A stretch of 32,343 bases of DNA, from NCBI GenBank assembly GCA_002269645.1, contig NIVC01000898.1:1-32343 (forward strand). Direction: 5' to 3'. The notes under the pieces are model-generated. The model was not told the DNA's origin. It was given only the letters and a program-made list of their open reading frames with translations, and ran no database searches. Positions 1-13,000 of this stretch are shown here, one piece after another; position 1 is the stretch's first letter; the number at the start of each line of letters is the position of its first letter. A program made the translations under genes and the position numbers. The stretch comes from Macrostomum lignano. Taxonomy: Eukaryota.

Positions 1-1962
1 GCCAGCCAAGCGGCCATTTGGACGGCTTCTCAGCCCTGATGATCGTATCAATCGTTGGCAACGGCGTTGTGGTCTGGATAATCCTGGCGCACGCCCAGAT
101 GCGCAGCGTGACGAACATCTTCCTGCTCAACCTGAGCCTGTCGGACATTCTGCTCTGCGCCTGCAGGTGCGTGCCGAACGTCTGCTACGCGATCGTCAGC
201 TCGTGGAAGTTCGGCCTGTTTTACTGCCGACTGTCTAATTTTATCACAACCTTCTCCATTTCTCTGTCTGTTTTCACCTTTATGGCTATCGCTATTGAGA
301 GGTAAGCTTCAATAAAACCTGTGAGTATTGAATTTCATTTTAGCATTCTGAATTCGGAGCTGGGCAGAGCAGCTCAGCCGGGTTCGATTCTGCACTCGGG
401 GGTCGTATTAAAAAAGTGGCCTGAGGGCTTGTCGTATGATTCTTGTCTACGAAGACGGAGTGGCCTCTGAGTCACCGAGCGTACATGTTGACAAAGAGAA
501 AGTCAAGGGCCGTGGCGTTGTACACCTGTGAGTGTGCTTGCGTACGTATCCGTGGGCGTGCTCAAGGCGTCAGCGGGTAGGCATGATGAGGGCCGACTGT
601 CGCATTGGATTTGCTGATGCGACCGAAGCCCTCCTACGAATTGACTTACTACTCTTAGCATCCTGCCTTAAGCCCAGTACTAAAAGCTAACGCAGTCGCT
701 CATTCTAATCACTATCAAGGTACATGGTAATCGTCTATCCACTGCGCCCCCGGCCAAGACGTGGCACCATCATATCCAGCCTGGTTTTCATCTGGGCATT
801 CAGCACCCTCACAGCTGCTCCGGTGGCTTGGAACAGCAACATTGTGGACGAGCTGACAGGCTCCGTGTCCTGCAAGATGGAGGAAAACATGACAAGGACG
901 TGAGCGGATTCTATTTTAGATTAAGATTCTACTCATATTTTAAACATCTGTTGAATGTTTTGTTAACTACAGATAAGTACATTAGGAATACGTATCAAAC
1001 CGTCCAGGTACAACTGGATTCTGCTGACGCTGCAGTGCCTGGTGCCCCTGATTGTGGTCGGATTCACCTACATTGTCATCGCTATCCGGCTATGGAAGCA
1101 GCAGCCAATTGGCGAGCAGGTGTCAACACATCAGGCTGAGAATATCCGCGCCAAGAGAAAGGTGATTTAGGCAAAGTTAATGAACACTTACAAGCATAAA
1201 AATTGCCATCAATATGCAAAATGCACAGACTTTAAAGAGTGAAAAAAGCAGTGACACTTGACTTTAGAATTTAGAAATTTTAAAGGTGCTGTCGATAAAA
1301 CAAAAAGCCATCGAATTCCTCGCCTCGCAGATTGTAAAGATGATGATCATCGTAGTGCTGATCTTCGCACTCTGCTGGATCCCCTACCAGTTGATGTTCT
1401 TCACTGTGAAGGAGGCTTGGCAGTTCATCATTCTGTACTTCATAGCCGTGTGCAGTACTGTTCCCAATCCGTTTATCTACTGCAAGATGAATCACAAGTA
1501 AGCCAATCACCCAAACATGTAGGGCTTATCAGCCTGGGGCACTAAAACTACGAAGCAATTAAAAATGACTAGGTTGGTTATAAGCTCGAATCGTTTCTCT
1601 GCAGCTTTCGCCTCGGTTTCAAGCGGGCCTTCGCCTGGTGCCCGTGCGTCACAATCGACATGGAGAAGTACAAACTGCTAAGACAGCGCCGGCACACCAA
1701 CTTCGCCTACAGTTTGACTAAGAGCGAATCGCGAGCGCCTCATCATCAGTCTCTGTTTCTGGCCCAGCGCCAGCACCAGCCGCAGCACCAGCTGCAGCAA
1801 AGCCTGTTCGCTCGCGAGCGCTCCCGTAGAATGCAGTGGTCGAAGAATCTCGGCACCAACTGTCCGAACGAGGCGTTGGCCAATTCGACTGCCTCGCTGT
1901 CCGTCATGGTGATGGTTGAAGCGCCCGCTGCTGCCGGCGCCGCCTCTGGAAGTCGCGTGTGA
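1..1962 (+). CDS. TACR: Tachykinin/neurokinin receptor-like class A GPCR, 5' end outside the window. Exons <1-301, 720-899, 1008-1161, 1331-1497, 1605-1962
   Basis: The spliced translation gives GNGVVVWIILAHAQMRSVTNIFLLNL (TM1-TM2), FYCRL, ER|YMVIVYPL (DRY-type), ALCWIPY (CWxP), NPFIY (NPxxY) and N|FRLGFKRAFAWCPCV (helix 8 typical of NK receptors). All four introns are GT-AG and phases are consistent (2,2,0,2). Probable 1-nt frameshift near 27. Confidence 0.88.
350..660 (+). mobile_element. Diverged SINE relative (GPCR intron 1)
   Basis: B-box GGTTCGATTC at 381-390. The segment 481-585 (gtacatg...agggcc...tgtacac...gtgagtgtg...gcgtacgtatccg...gctcaagg...tcagcgg) aligns by eye to the central part of copies 1-3, but the 3' end differs. 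Boundaries are approximate. Confidence 0.55.
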
Positions 1963-3670
1963 AGAAGGCGACAGAGTTCGGAGTTTCGGGACAAAGTGGA
2001 CAGACGGTCAGACCTGACCATATGCTGAACTGTTATCATTTACCATTCATCACGTCTGCATGTCTCTATTATACAGCTCTTACAGTGATTTTATCTATGC
2101 TTTAATTTTCGATGTTCAAGTAGTCACCAATGATTAAACAATATTCTAAACCCGATTTTGTCTTGATTTGTACAGTACAACATGGGTGTTGGATCCTTTT
2201 GCTCGCTAATAAGCTTTTAACAGCTCCCAGTCAGCAGCTGACCCTCCGAATTTTAATGCTTGTTGTGCCCAAAAATATCAAAAATCCAATTTGGCTTGAA
2301 GACAAGTCTTTGTGCAACCCGTTATTTACCTACTTATCCGAAAATACAAAGACTTGATACCGTATGCCCAACAAAGCGAAATAATTTTATGTTGTGCAAG
2401 CGGCATTGCGGAAAAACTTTTTGTTCTATTGTTTTTATTTCCTAAATTTAGCTACACGAGCTTAGAGAGAAAACTTCATCATATTTACTATACTATTGAG
2501 TAGAGAGGTAAGTTTATAACATATTTAAATTTGAAACGAACTGAAAAAAATTCTTCGCTGTCAATTGTATTTAGCAAATGGAAGGCAGGACGGGTAGGGC
2601 GGTTGACCCAGTCGCACGTTGTGAAGGCTGTGAAGACTTTTTATCTATTTTGCCGATTAGTTCGCTGGGTTGTTCGGCTTTGCTCATTTAGCTTACTAAG
2701 CTTATTGAGATCAGCTGTGCTGCGCCAGAGCTTGAGTGTGAGCGAAGTGCTCAAACAACTATTTCTATGCCTGCAATCGGCTGTAGCGTTCGTTTCTGGT
2801 CGTGTTTCGCTTCGCTGCATGGGGAGAAGGGGCTTCAGGTGGACAACAGGCTTCGCTAGAGCTGAAAATGTTATCTCCAAGGCCAGCCCTCCGCCGCCTT
2901 GTCGCTGCACACCTATTTGCTTTAACAGCGGCGTGTTCCCCCCTCCCCCGGAGCCAGAGCCTGCCCGCCCTCCCCCAGACTGGGGCATGCTCGAGCAGCG
3001 CTGTGCTTCGCTGGCGACCTGTCACTAAACACCGACCTGGGGGGGGGGTGGGTGCATGGGTGGGTGGAGTGGTGAGGACATGGGAAGGCTCATTCGGCCC
3101 GTTCCATTAGCCCGTATGCCTCGGCCACGTGCCTCACCTATGCGAACGGCCTAATTCTGTTCCTCTCTCTCCCTCTGTGTGTTTCTTATCCCGGTTTTTC
3201 ACACAACTGAGTTTGGAAGAAGCAAAGCCCATAGCAAATTTTGCCCTCTGAGCCAGCCTGTTCAGCGAGTCACTGGAGTGAATCGAGGCGTCACAGAGAG
3301 ACAGGCAGACAATACAAAGCTGGCTACAAAAGCTCAAAGCATGCAGCAGCAGTGACGCGACAGGAAAAAAATTGCTTGCAGAAATCAGTGCCCCCAAAGA
3401 CAGTGTTGGCCCAGGTAAGCAGTTCGAAGAAACTTCCAAGCGAAGTGAGTTTTTGATTGGAAGTTTATGTTTATTCATGTCAATATGTCAGCTTGTCTAG
3501 ACCGCAAGATAGAGCTGAACAATGCCTGGTTTGTGCTGCCCCGCATTGTAGCAAGTCAGTCAGTGAGTAGAAGTAGGCAGCCATTGGCTCAGCTAGGAAA
3601 TCCCATCTTCCGGGAGGAAAGCTTTAAATTGGCAGAGACTGCTCCAAAGCTGTTCGAATATCCTCATTAG

Positions 3671-3730
3671 AGAAAAATTCGTTCCCGTCAGTGGAGGTCA
3701 ATTTCTGTCTGACATCGTCTTCACTCCGAG
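3671..3730 (+). other. Putative 5' UTR exon of the PDE gene
   Basis: Bounded by cattag| and |gtaaga. There is another strong donor at 3415 (cag|gtaagc) and an acceptor at 4004 (ttcag|) just before the ATG at 4028. No transcript evidence. Confidence 0.4.
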
Positions 3731-3787
3731 GTAAGAGAATCTAAAATTACAAAATAAATTAGCTTGTAATATGCTTACCGTTCCAAG

Positions 3788-3803
3788 AGAGAGAGAGAGA
3801 GAG
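3788..3803. repeat. (GA)n microsatellite
   Basis: Short GA run. Confidence 0.75.
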
Positions 3804-4027
3804 GGGTGACATCGGCTTCATGTCCGTCGCTTGTTCGAGGCTAGAATCGAAAATTGTTCTTAAATAATTTACAAACTATTGCAGTAGCTATGGCAATTAC
3901 TGGGTTCAGCGAAAGAAGCGGTTCATTAAAATTTTAGTGTCAGAATTTATTCCTCATGAGCCTACAATTGTGAATCTCAACTGAAACCTTCCGTGTGAAT
4001 TCAGAGGACCGAAGTCAGCCCGTAAAC

Positions 4028-7000
4028 ATGACGGACCCTCCTGAGGCAGGCGAGGCCGTGCATCCTTCGTCGGCCATTGACGAAGCCGCCGTGGAGTCCT
4101 GGCTCGAAAGCCATCCAGAGTTCTTTGAGGACTACTTCTATCGAAAGGCCACTCGCCGCCTGGTGGACACCTGGGTTTATCGACGGGTCCGCACGGCAAC
4201 AACTACGAGCTCGCACGGGGCAAGTTTCAGTTCGTTTGACTGGCACAGCATCCCGGAAACGCTAGCCCAGCAGCAGAACCAGCAGCAGCAGCCAGCCGGG
4301 GGAGACTCCGCCATCCAGGAGGAGATCGAAAGCAGCGTGAACGTATCTCGGTCCACATCCTGCAGTAGCAACGTCATCCGTAAAGTGTCCAGCGAGTTCG
4401 TCTACCTGGATCGAAACCAGAGCTCATCGCCGCTATTGACGAGATTTACGGACGGCTCAGCCTCCTTTATTATTGACTCCATGGTGGCGTCACCCACGCT
4501 GCCGCGAACACCGAGCGGCCTGGGAACGAGCAACAAACATCAGCAGCAATCTCAGCAGCAGCCTCTTCCACAGCCAGCGCAGCCGACTGCTGAGCAGCAG
4601 CAAGCGCCAGCGGCGGCATCGTCTGGCGCACAGGGGCTGCGTGCTTTCGCCGAGGAGGGCATGCTGCGCGAGCTGGTACTGGACATTTTCCACGAACTGG
4701 ACGTGGCCACCCTCTGCCACAAGATCCTGCGCAATGTCTGCCTGCTGATAGGCGCAGATAGGTGCTCGCTATTTTTGGTGGAATCGGCACCAGGTCGGTC
4801 TCAACTGGAGCTGGTCAGCAATCTCTTCGACGTCACTGCGGACAGCTGTTTGGAAACTATCTTGGCCAACCACAGCTCCATCCGCATCCCCATCGGTCAG
4901 GGCATTGTGGGCAGCGTCGCTCTCACTGGCGAGCCAGTGCGCATTGCGGACGCGTACCAGGTAAGCCGCATTCCAGATAAGGGAGAATTTGAAAATGTGA
5001 GTGGACCATTTGTAGCGCTGAGGATAGTGCGTCAGAGACAGCCTCTCATTGTGTTCGCCACTCACTTACTCACAAATCACCAGTTTCTGGATTAGATTTC
5101 GAGGGGGAAAGACCTGGGATCTTTGCGATTTAGAGCTTTGGGCCCGCTCATGAAGCCCTATCAGCAAGTGTACACTGCCTGAGGTTGAGAAAGTTGTGGC
5201 AAGTGTAACATTAAACGTGAGCGTGCGCCTGTGTGCGTAGCCTTGTTCTTGTGTGTGCTCAGCGACTACCATGAAAGTCTTCACAGAAGGATCTACTATT
5301 TAGGAATATTCGTCAGTTTAATTTGGCATTTCTCTGTCGTTACGCAGAGAGACCAATGTCGAGAGTAAACTACCCAGTTACCTGCCCAGATATTACTTGG
5401 ACGATCCACTGAGCCGAGTAACAGTGCACACTGAGGCCAGAATCTTCCTCCCTTAGAAACTTCTCGATAATGAAGAGAAAGCAACTGAGAGAAATTTTCC
5501 ACATTGCCAAACGAAGCCCAGCTGGCTTTGACAGGAAGTAAAGGAGGTTTGCCGTGATGAATGCTGCTTTCTCCAAAGCCTTTGCAGCCTGGCAGCAGGT
5601 TTCTGATTAATTTAATTTCTGATTAATTTAATTTCGGCTCAAACGTTCAGCCTTACAGCCGTAGCTTGGGGATTCTCTCAAACATTTCTATCCCACAAGA
5701 CTTTGTTCTTATCTATTTACTTGTCCATATTCATTACTTTGAACCAACTAACCATCTTCAATCTCTTTTATTTTTCTTCTTCCTACCAACCTTGGCCTAA
5801 TCGACCGTTAACTTTCTCCCGGCACATTGTCACCGCTCCTATTCGTCAAAAGCAGATTTCCCTGGAGGAGCGCTCTCACTATAGCTAATTAGCTTAGCTG
5901 TCTGGCTGATTTCCCGCAGGTAAGCTTGGAAACTGCGAGCTAATTGCATTTAGATCGCCGCAATCTGAGCTAAGGCAAGAAAAGAACCCCCTCACATGAG
6001 TCTAGCGGTAATGTGTACATACCAGTTTTATACGATCTTAGATATGCCTAAGAGCACTAGGTCCATGATGCACATTTATTCATAAAGACTCTGAAACAGT
6101 GTGAAGCAGTCCATTTAGGTTGAAGGACGAAATTATGACTCATTATATACGGTAGTGTAACGGTGTTGATATTTAGTTGTTCGTAAATAATATGGTATGA
6201 TTAATGTCTCCTTAGTATTGTATTAATTTATCTACTATTCATTAGCGAATTTTACAAGTTCTTCAATATGTACGCTTACAATTTGTTTTACGGTAATCTT
6301 TCACAGAAATATTGTACTATTTAAAAGACTGTTAAATCGCTATTTTGCGCTCGGCGCGTGCTTTTCGGTTAGTCCGCCGCGTGGTGCCCGTCCGCAATAG
6401 CTTACCACCAAGAATTTAACGGCAATGAAGTTTATCCTGTCTGTTCAAATATATAGGCCGTAAGAGAGGGTCTTAAGAGGGTCTTAAGAGAGGGCCGTAA
6501 GAGAGGGTAGGAGACGGTCTCTCACTGCGAAGACTCAATTTATTACATGGCCGTTAGTACCGAACTTAGAAGGGTCTCGTCACAGTAGCTACGAGTATGC
6601 AGCTACAATATTAGAGAAAATTTACCTTTTTTATCATTATCGAGCCCTACAATCTAGCTCAAGATGCGTTGCTTGCGAAGAAACTTACCTGTAAGTTGCA
6701 CCACCAATCGTGGACCAAAGTATCCAGCTTCGACTTCGTGCGCGGTCACTTTAGTTGGAGGATTCGTTAACAAAAAAGACTACGAGTGTGTACATGTCGG
6801 ACGATGAGAAAATCAGGGCTGTTGTACACCCCGAAGAATACCCTCTGCGATTGAAAAGCAACAAAAACAAACCGCAACCTCCCATTCGTTAGGACGAGCG
6901 TTTCAACGCCGAGATAGACAAGCAGACCGGCTATCGGACCAAGAGCGTCCTGTGCCTGCCCGTGAAGGACCACACTGGCGCAGTGATCGGGGTGACTCAG

Positions 7001-10000
7001 GCCGTGAACAAAAGGGACGGCGGCGTGTTCAGCGAAACTGACGAGAAGGTAATGTCGCTTTTCATTAGGCAAGGAAACAAACAGAATTGATGGCAATGAT
7101 TCTACACTGCACTCCTTTCAGACATTCGAAACCTTTCTCACCTTCTGCGGCATTGGAATTCGAAACGCCAAACTGTACAAGCAGTCGCAACTGGAGACCA
7201 AGAGAAATCAGGTTTAATTTTTTTGGAATGATTTGGTTGTGCTTTCTACCTTCGTTAAGGATGGTAATAGATCCAAAATTTATCCATTCTTCATTGAGAA
7301 TGCGGGAAATATTTTCTACTCATCAGTAATTTCTCAAGTAAAATGACAGGCTGTTTTAACTCAATTCCCAATCCTTTTGGACTTTTGGTCAGCAGAATAT
7401 AGAAATTGAGCGGTTATCCAGAATCTACCATGCATTTACTATCCGTGCGTTGAGAATGGATCTCTGACTGTTTGACAGGAATATAGTTTGCACAGCAATC
7501 AGACTATAAAGTTAGTGAAGAGTCCTAAACTTTTGATAAGAAAATATACTGTATTTTTTTAATTATCAAAAAAAATTATCAAATTTCTTAAATTTTTGAC
7601 AGTTTACGTACCTTTTTGAGTTCATCAAATTCATTCTGAACAAAAGTTAACGAACTCTTTCTATTAAACACCTTTGAATCTCGCCCTTAAACCTCCTACG
7701 CAGGTACTTCTAGACATGGTTCGCATAATATCGGAGCAGCAGGACAACCTTGATCCCCTGGTCAGGAAGATAATGCACTACATGCAGTTGATAACAACCT
7801 GCAGGTGGTGCCAAATTCTGCTAATCGACGATCCAACGTCAGTTGAGGTGCGTGCAAAGGATCGCAAGATATTTTTGGAGTAAAAAAGTTTAAAAAAAAC
7901 CTTGCCAACTGTAGTGCATGTGGGGAAACTGTTCCTTGCAAACTGACATACAACAGAAAAACTACGCTAGGGTTTTAGATTAAGTTCGAGCTACGCCTCA
8001 CCACATACTGAAGAATTTCCTAACGTTGTCCTGACTGCAGGGCATGTTCGATCACGCGTTCGAGCTGCGCTTCGAGGACGACGACGCAAACTCAGCGACA
8101 GTGCACGACGGAGAAAGCCGACAGCCAGCGGCTCCTGTTGTCACCGACTATTGCAGGTTGGGCCGGTTTTGTGCTATTCAGCTAAGCCATTAAAAACGAA
8201 AGTTAATTTGCTCTACTGGCTTCGCTTTGACTTCTGTTTTACAATTTCAGGATGCTACTTAACAGCGAACTCATAAGTCTTGTATGCGACACTGGAGAGG
8301 TTAGTAGACCTATTTTTTTATTGCTGATTTTTTATTTTCTATCTTTCAATGGTATTATATCCTTACGTTGTTTATTTACTTTGGAATTTTAGCCGCTCAA
8401 CATTTCGAATCCCAGGGAAGACATGCGGTTGACAGTAAGTTCACCGTCACTGAACCTGGACGTAGTGACTGCTAGTGCGCCATCTGCGTGATGTGTAGCC
8501 GGAATTAATCAAAAATTTTCATTTCCTTTACAAGAGGGGCCAAAGTGGTAACGCGTCCGACATCAAAGTTTTCGGATGACAACCATTTCACATTAATTTG
8601 GGCTTCCGCACGGAATGCTGGCCTGAGGCCTGTGTGACTTTCAGGGCACACGCACGGGAGGGATCCTTGCAAATATTGATTCATAAGCTTTCCCTGATTT
8701 ATCGTCAAGCAGTAATTCGAATCAAGTTATGATACGCCACAGTATTCGGATTCTCGGTTGTGCTCAGGGTCAGTCGACTTTGTATACTAATTAAAATCCT
8801 CGTTAGGAGCTGGAGCGCCTGAGCATCAGCGCACTGCTCTGCTTGCCAATCAAGAACGCCCAGTCGCGCGTTGCCGGCCTCTGCCTGTTGATGAACAAGT
8901 CTGACGGCGGCGCCTTCACGTCCGGCGACCAGCAGCTGGCGGAGGCCTTCGCCCTGTTCTGCGGCCTCGGCATTCACAACACGCGGATGTTCGAACGAGC
9001 CGAGGTGGCCAAACGCCGGCAGCAAGTGGCGCTGGAGGTGCTCAGCTATCACGCAGTCGCTTCCAGTGAGGACGCGCAAAAGTTGGCCAAGTGTCTGATA
9101 CCGTCGTCGAGGTTCTTGGGCATCAACGAGTTTTCCTTCTCGGATCTGGCGTGAGCAGCTTTTCTATTGCTATGCTCAAAAACGGGGAATGAGATTGATG
9201 AATGACGTACAATAACTACTAGCTCGTATTTATTTGTATGTGGATGCGGCAGTTCTAAATTTTCGACATTACGCATGCAAAAACTACACCCTCATACGTT
9301 TTTTACGTTTCCTGCAGTTATAGATGGAAAATGAAGTAACCATCACCTAGATTGCACATTGCCCAATTTTTACGGCTTCAAAACGCCTCGTACTCTTGGG
9401 TATAATTAGGTATGAGTATATGGACTATGAAAGTGCCAGCTTGTACTAAACTGTGAAAATGAAACTTGGGGAATATGAAGCTCGGGATATTATGTGCCCT
9501 GGAAAAAAAGCACCTTGGAAAATTGCTCCAAAAAAGCTTTTTTATCTTTCATCCATCTACTATGCTAAATGTTGAAACATAAAACATTGTCTAACCGAAC
9601 CGGATAGAATGAGCGACGAGGAAACGCTGATAAGTGTGATCAAAATGTTCGAAGACACCGGCCTGTTCTCGGCCTTCAAGTTAAACTACGCCAGCTTCTG
9701 CCGTTGGATTCTGTCCGTGAAGAAAAACTACCGGGCGGTCACCTACCACAATTGGCGGCACGCGCTGAACGTGACGCAGTGCATGTTCGCCATGCTGCGG
9801 GTGAGCCGAAATAAGCATAATTCTTTTAATTAACGGCCCATAGTTCAGACTCATTTCAGCTCATAAGCACTAGCAAGAAGCGGTAGGGTAGAATTTATGA
9901 CTGCCTTGTAAGATCAATAAGTGCACCTAAAAAGTGTCTAAAATACAGAGAGGGCAATATCTTGATGGCGGTGACCTGTGGCAAGGAAACGGTTATCGTC

Positions 10001-13000
10001 ACTTCGCTCTCCCCAAAAAGTTTGCATCTATAATTTTAGTACCTATAAGTTTTTGACGTTAAGACAGAGCAGCTCAGCGTCAAAACGAAAATTTGTGTTG
10101 TCTTGCAATGAGTGCCTTGAGGGCCTACATAACAGGATACGAGCTATCCGTGTGCCTGCATGTGCTCAGGTGTCAGCGGAATGAGTAGAATTGCCTCAGT
10201 GCTGGTTGTGAGATGATGTCACCGAAGGAATTGCGCCAGGGTGCCCCACAGCCTTCCTGAAATTATTTTTAATATTATGCTTTGATGCTGATTCTGTACC
10301 ATAAAACCCAGCGAATCAGTCTGCTCAAATAGCCTCAATAGCATAATCTTTCGACTATGTCCGAGGCTAATGCTTAACTTCGTTATCAATGGATTCAAGT
10401 GCTTGCTCTATAGCATTTTGCCGCTGTATTTACTCCAGGAAAAGAATACGAGCATATCGCTGCTGCACGACAATGCATTTAGTTACAGAGAAATCCTACA
10501 TCTTATACATTGTTATTACATTCGTGCCATGTGAAGAACCGAGCCTTGCATGCAGTTTGTCGTACAATCAGCAAAAAATCGAGTCTTCTCGTCAGGCTTG
10601 CACGCAAATCTTTGCTAGTATAATCACGACTTGATTTGATCCCTATTGGAGGCTGCGGGATCCCTTCGGTGACGGATCGGATAGGCAGAGCTGGGTGCTC
10701 ATGCTCTTATCAGACAATCCTCAGCAGCACAAGACGCTGCTTGCCTGCAACCGAATGCAACTGCAGCTTAGCAGTGCACGGGGATCATATTTTCCTCAAA
10801 TACTGAGCCACGCAGAATTGCCTTTGCTTCCCCTTCAGGAATAAAACAGTGGAGTAAAGAGGCTTATATATTCTGATAAGAGCAATTGAATAGAAGGTAA
10901 TATGGAAATATACACGTGACTGAGCTGCGGTAAACTTTAGGTAGAAGAGCATTGAGACAGTTCGACAAAGCAAGCAGTAGGAAACGCATGGCAGGGTACG
11001 CCTTCCAACTCCGTTTCGACCCGTGTGGCACTCCTGAATTGAGCTTACCTTTCTCTAAACAAGCTTCTTCAATTAAACGAGCTTTCCTCCTTAAACAAGC
11101 TTCCCTACTTGAACGAGCTTCCCTACTTTAATAAGATTCTTGCGTTAAAAGAGCTCTCTAACTTGAATTAGCTTCCCATCACCTTCATCGGACTTTTCTT
11201 CCTGGACCAGCTGCCTCCCACGCTAATAAAGCTTCTCCTGTCTACCTAAATAAGATGGCTTCCTTCTTTCTAACATTCTAAAAATGTATTTCCATGCACA
11301 AATTTTTTCTTTTATTCGCATCAATTTCATTTCAGACATCGCCAGAGCTCAGAGGCCTCAATCGTCTGGACAAGCTGGCCCTGCTAGTTGCTTCAATCTG
11401 CCACGACCTGGACCATCGAGGCACAGACAACAAATTTCAACGGCTGACCCTGTCCCCGCTCGCCCAGCTATACTCGTCATCAATGCTGGAGAGGCACCAT
11501 TTCAACCAGTGCATCATGCTGCTCTCCATCAACGGCTGCGACATCCTGTCGTCACTGTCCCAGTCGCAGTACGAGCGCTGCATTGCCACCATAGAGAAGT
11601 GCATTCTAGCTACAGATTTACAGAAGCACATGGCCGCCAGGTGAAATTGTTGATGCAAACTTTATCAACGAGTATCAGAACCAGTGATTCTAAATCAATT
11701 TTGATAAAAATTGCAGCATTGTAAATTTTTGCAATTCCGTTCTGTTGCAGGAAAGTTCTACAGCAGCTCGTCACCGACAGAGCATTTAACTGGTCGGAGA
11801 CGGCCCACCAGGACCTGCTGCTGGGACTGTTGATGACCGCAGCGGATCTCAGCGCCATCACGAAGCCCTGGTCGGTGCAAAAAAAGGTCGCCTTTCTGGT
11901 GGCCAGCGAGTTCTACGAGCAGGGCGACAGGGAGAAGCAGGAGCTGCACCTGCAGCCTGATGTAAGTTTTGGATTGAAGCTTTGGGCTGGAGCCGAGGTC
12001 AGAGTGGCTCAGCGGCAAACGCGTCTGAACCTCGAATCACGAACAGTTGAAAATTCAATTCTTACTGGTTCTAGATGTTTAAAAGTTAACTTTTAACATC
12101 CTATATACTAAATTTCAACACTAGTAAGAAATGAGGTAGCTGGATTTGATGGCCAAACTTCATCTTGAAATGAATGAATTATGAATGAAAGAGGAGCAAA
12201 GTACAGCACCCGTATCAAATATCCCGGGTTTGGTTCCAACATTTGTGGGGCTTCTGCATTCTCCGCTGATGAGGGCCAGCAACAACTGCGTGACAATCAG
12301 AGAGTCGGGGGGATATGTTTACTTGCTGTGTGACTGCTCGGGTGTAACCAGCGAACTTTCATTTCTGTTGGGTCCTGAAAGTCCTGATCGAAAAGCTGGG
12401 CAGGAATCTCTGAACTTGTGCCTTTTCAGGATCAGAAGGATCGCGCCAAGCAGCAGAAGCTGCCAAAGATGCAGGTGGATTTCATCGATTTTGTCTGCCT
12501 GCCCGTCTACACTGTGAGTCAGTCATCAGTAGTTTGAATCGGGCATACCGAATGGGATAAACTCCGGTCGGTCAGCGGGTGCGGCAACTCTGGCCCACGG
12601 GTCACGTACGGCTTCAATAGCAATCTGGTTCACTCAAGATTGGTGTCTTATCTCAACTCTCTTTTCTCTCTAATTTCCTCTCCCCTCTCCTCTTCTTTCT
12701 CTCCTCTCTCCACCCCTCTTCTCTTCTCCTCTTCTCTCCTCTGTGTGGTCCGCAGTCACGCGCTAGATTCCAAATCTGTCCCTTAAGTTAAAAAGTTTGC
12801 CGACTTCTGAACTGAACTCAAAATTGATGCTTCATCCATCGAATTTCTATCTCAGAAACAAAAGACTACGCGATTAAGGGTGTAATCTCATGGGATTTCC
12901 GTTCACAGTGGACGGGATGCATTTTACACGGGATACCAGGTATGTTTGTGAGAAAACAAAAATGTATAGTTGATCAACAGTTAAAAAGAGTGATTATGAC

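Noticed and set aside
583-633. SECIS element or hammerhead ribozyme
   Set aside because: ATGA precedes a hairpin, but the apical AA of a SECIS is missing, and there is no CTGATGA...GAAA core with matching stems. The CTGATGAG at ~12266 also lacks a stem II-GAAA partner.
2531-3478. ORFs upstream of the PDE gene as a separate gene
   Set aside because: Low-complexity, overlapping ORFs on both strands with no motif; better explained as PDE promoter or UTR.
6510-6540. Cluster of BsmBI/BsaI/BbsI sites suggesting vector contamination
   Set aside because: No other vector sequence; the region is embedded in a normal intron; likely chance.
8710-8768. Alternative PDE GAF-B exon (YDTPQYSDSRL)
   Set aside because: No acceptor/donor pair keeps the frame; exon 8393-8434 (PLNISNPREDMRLT) fits in phase 0.
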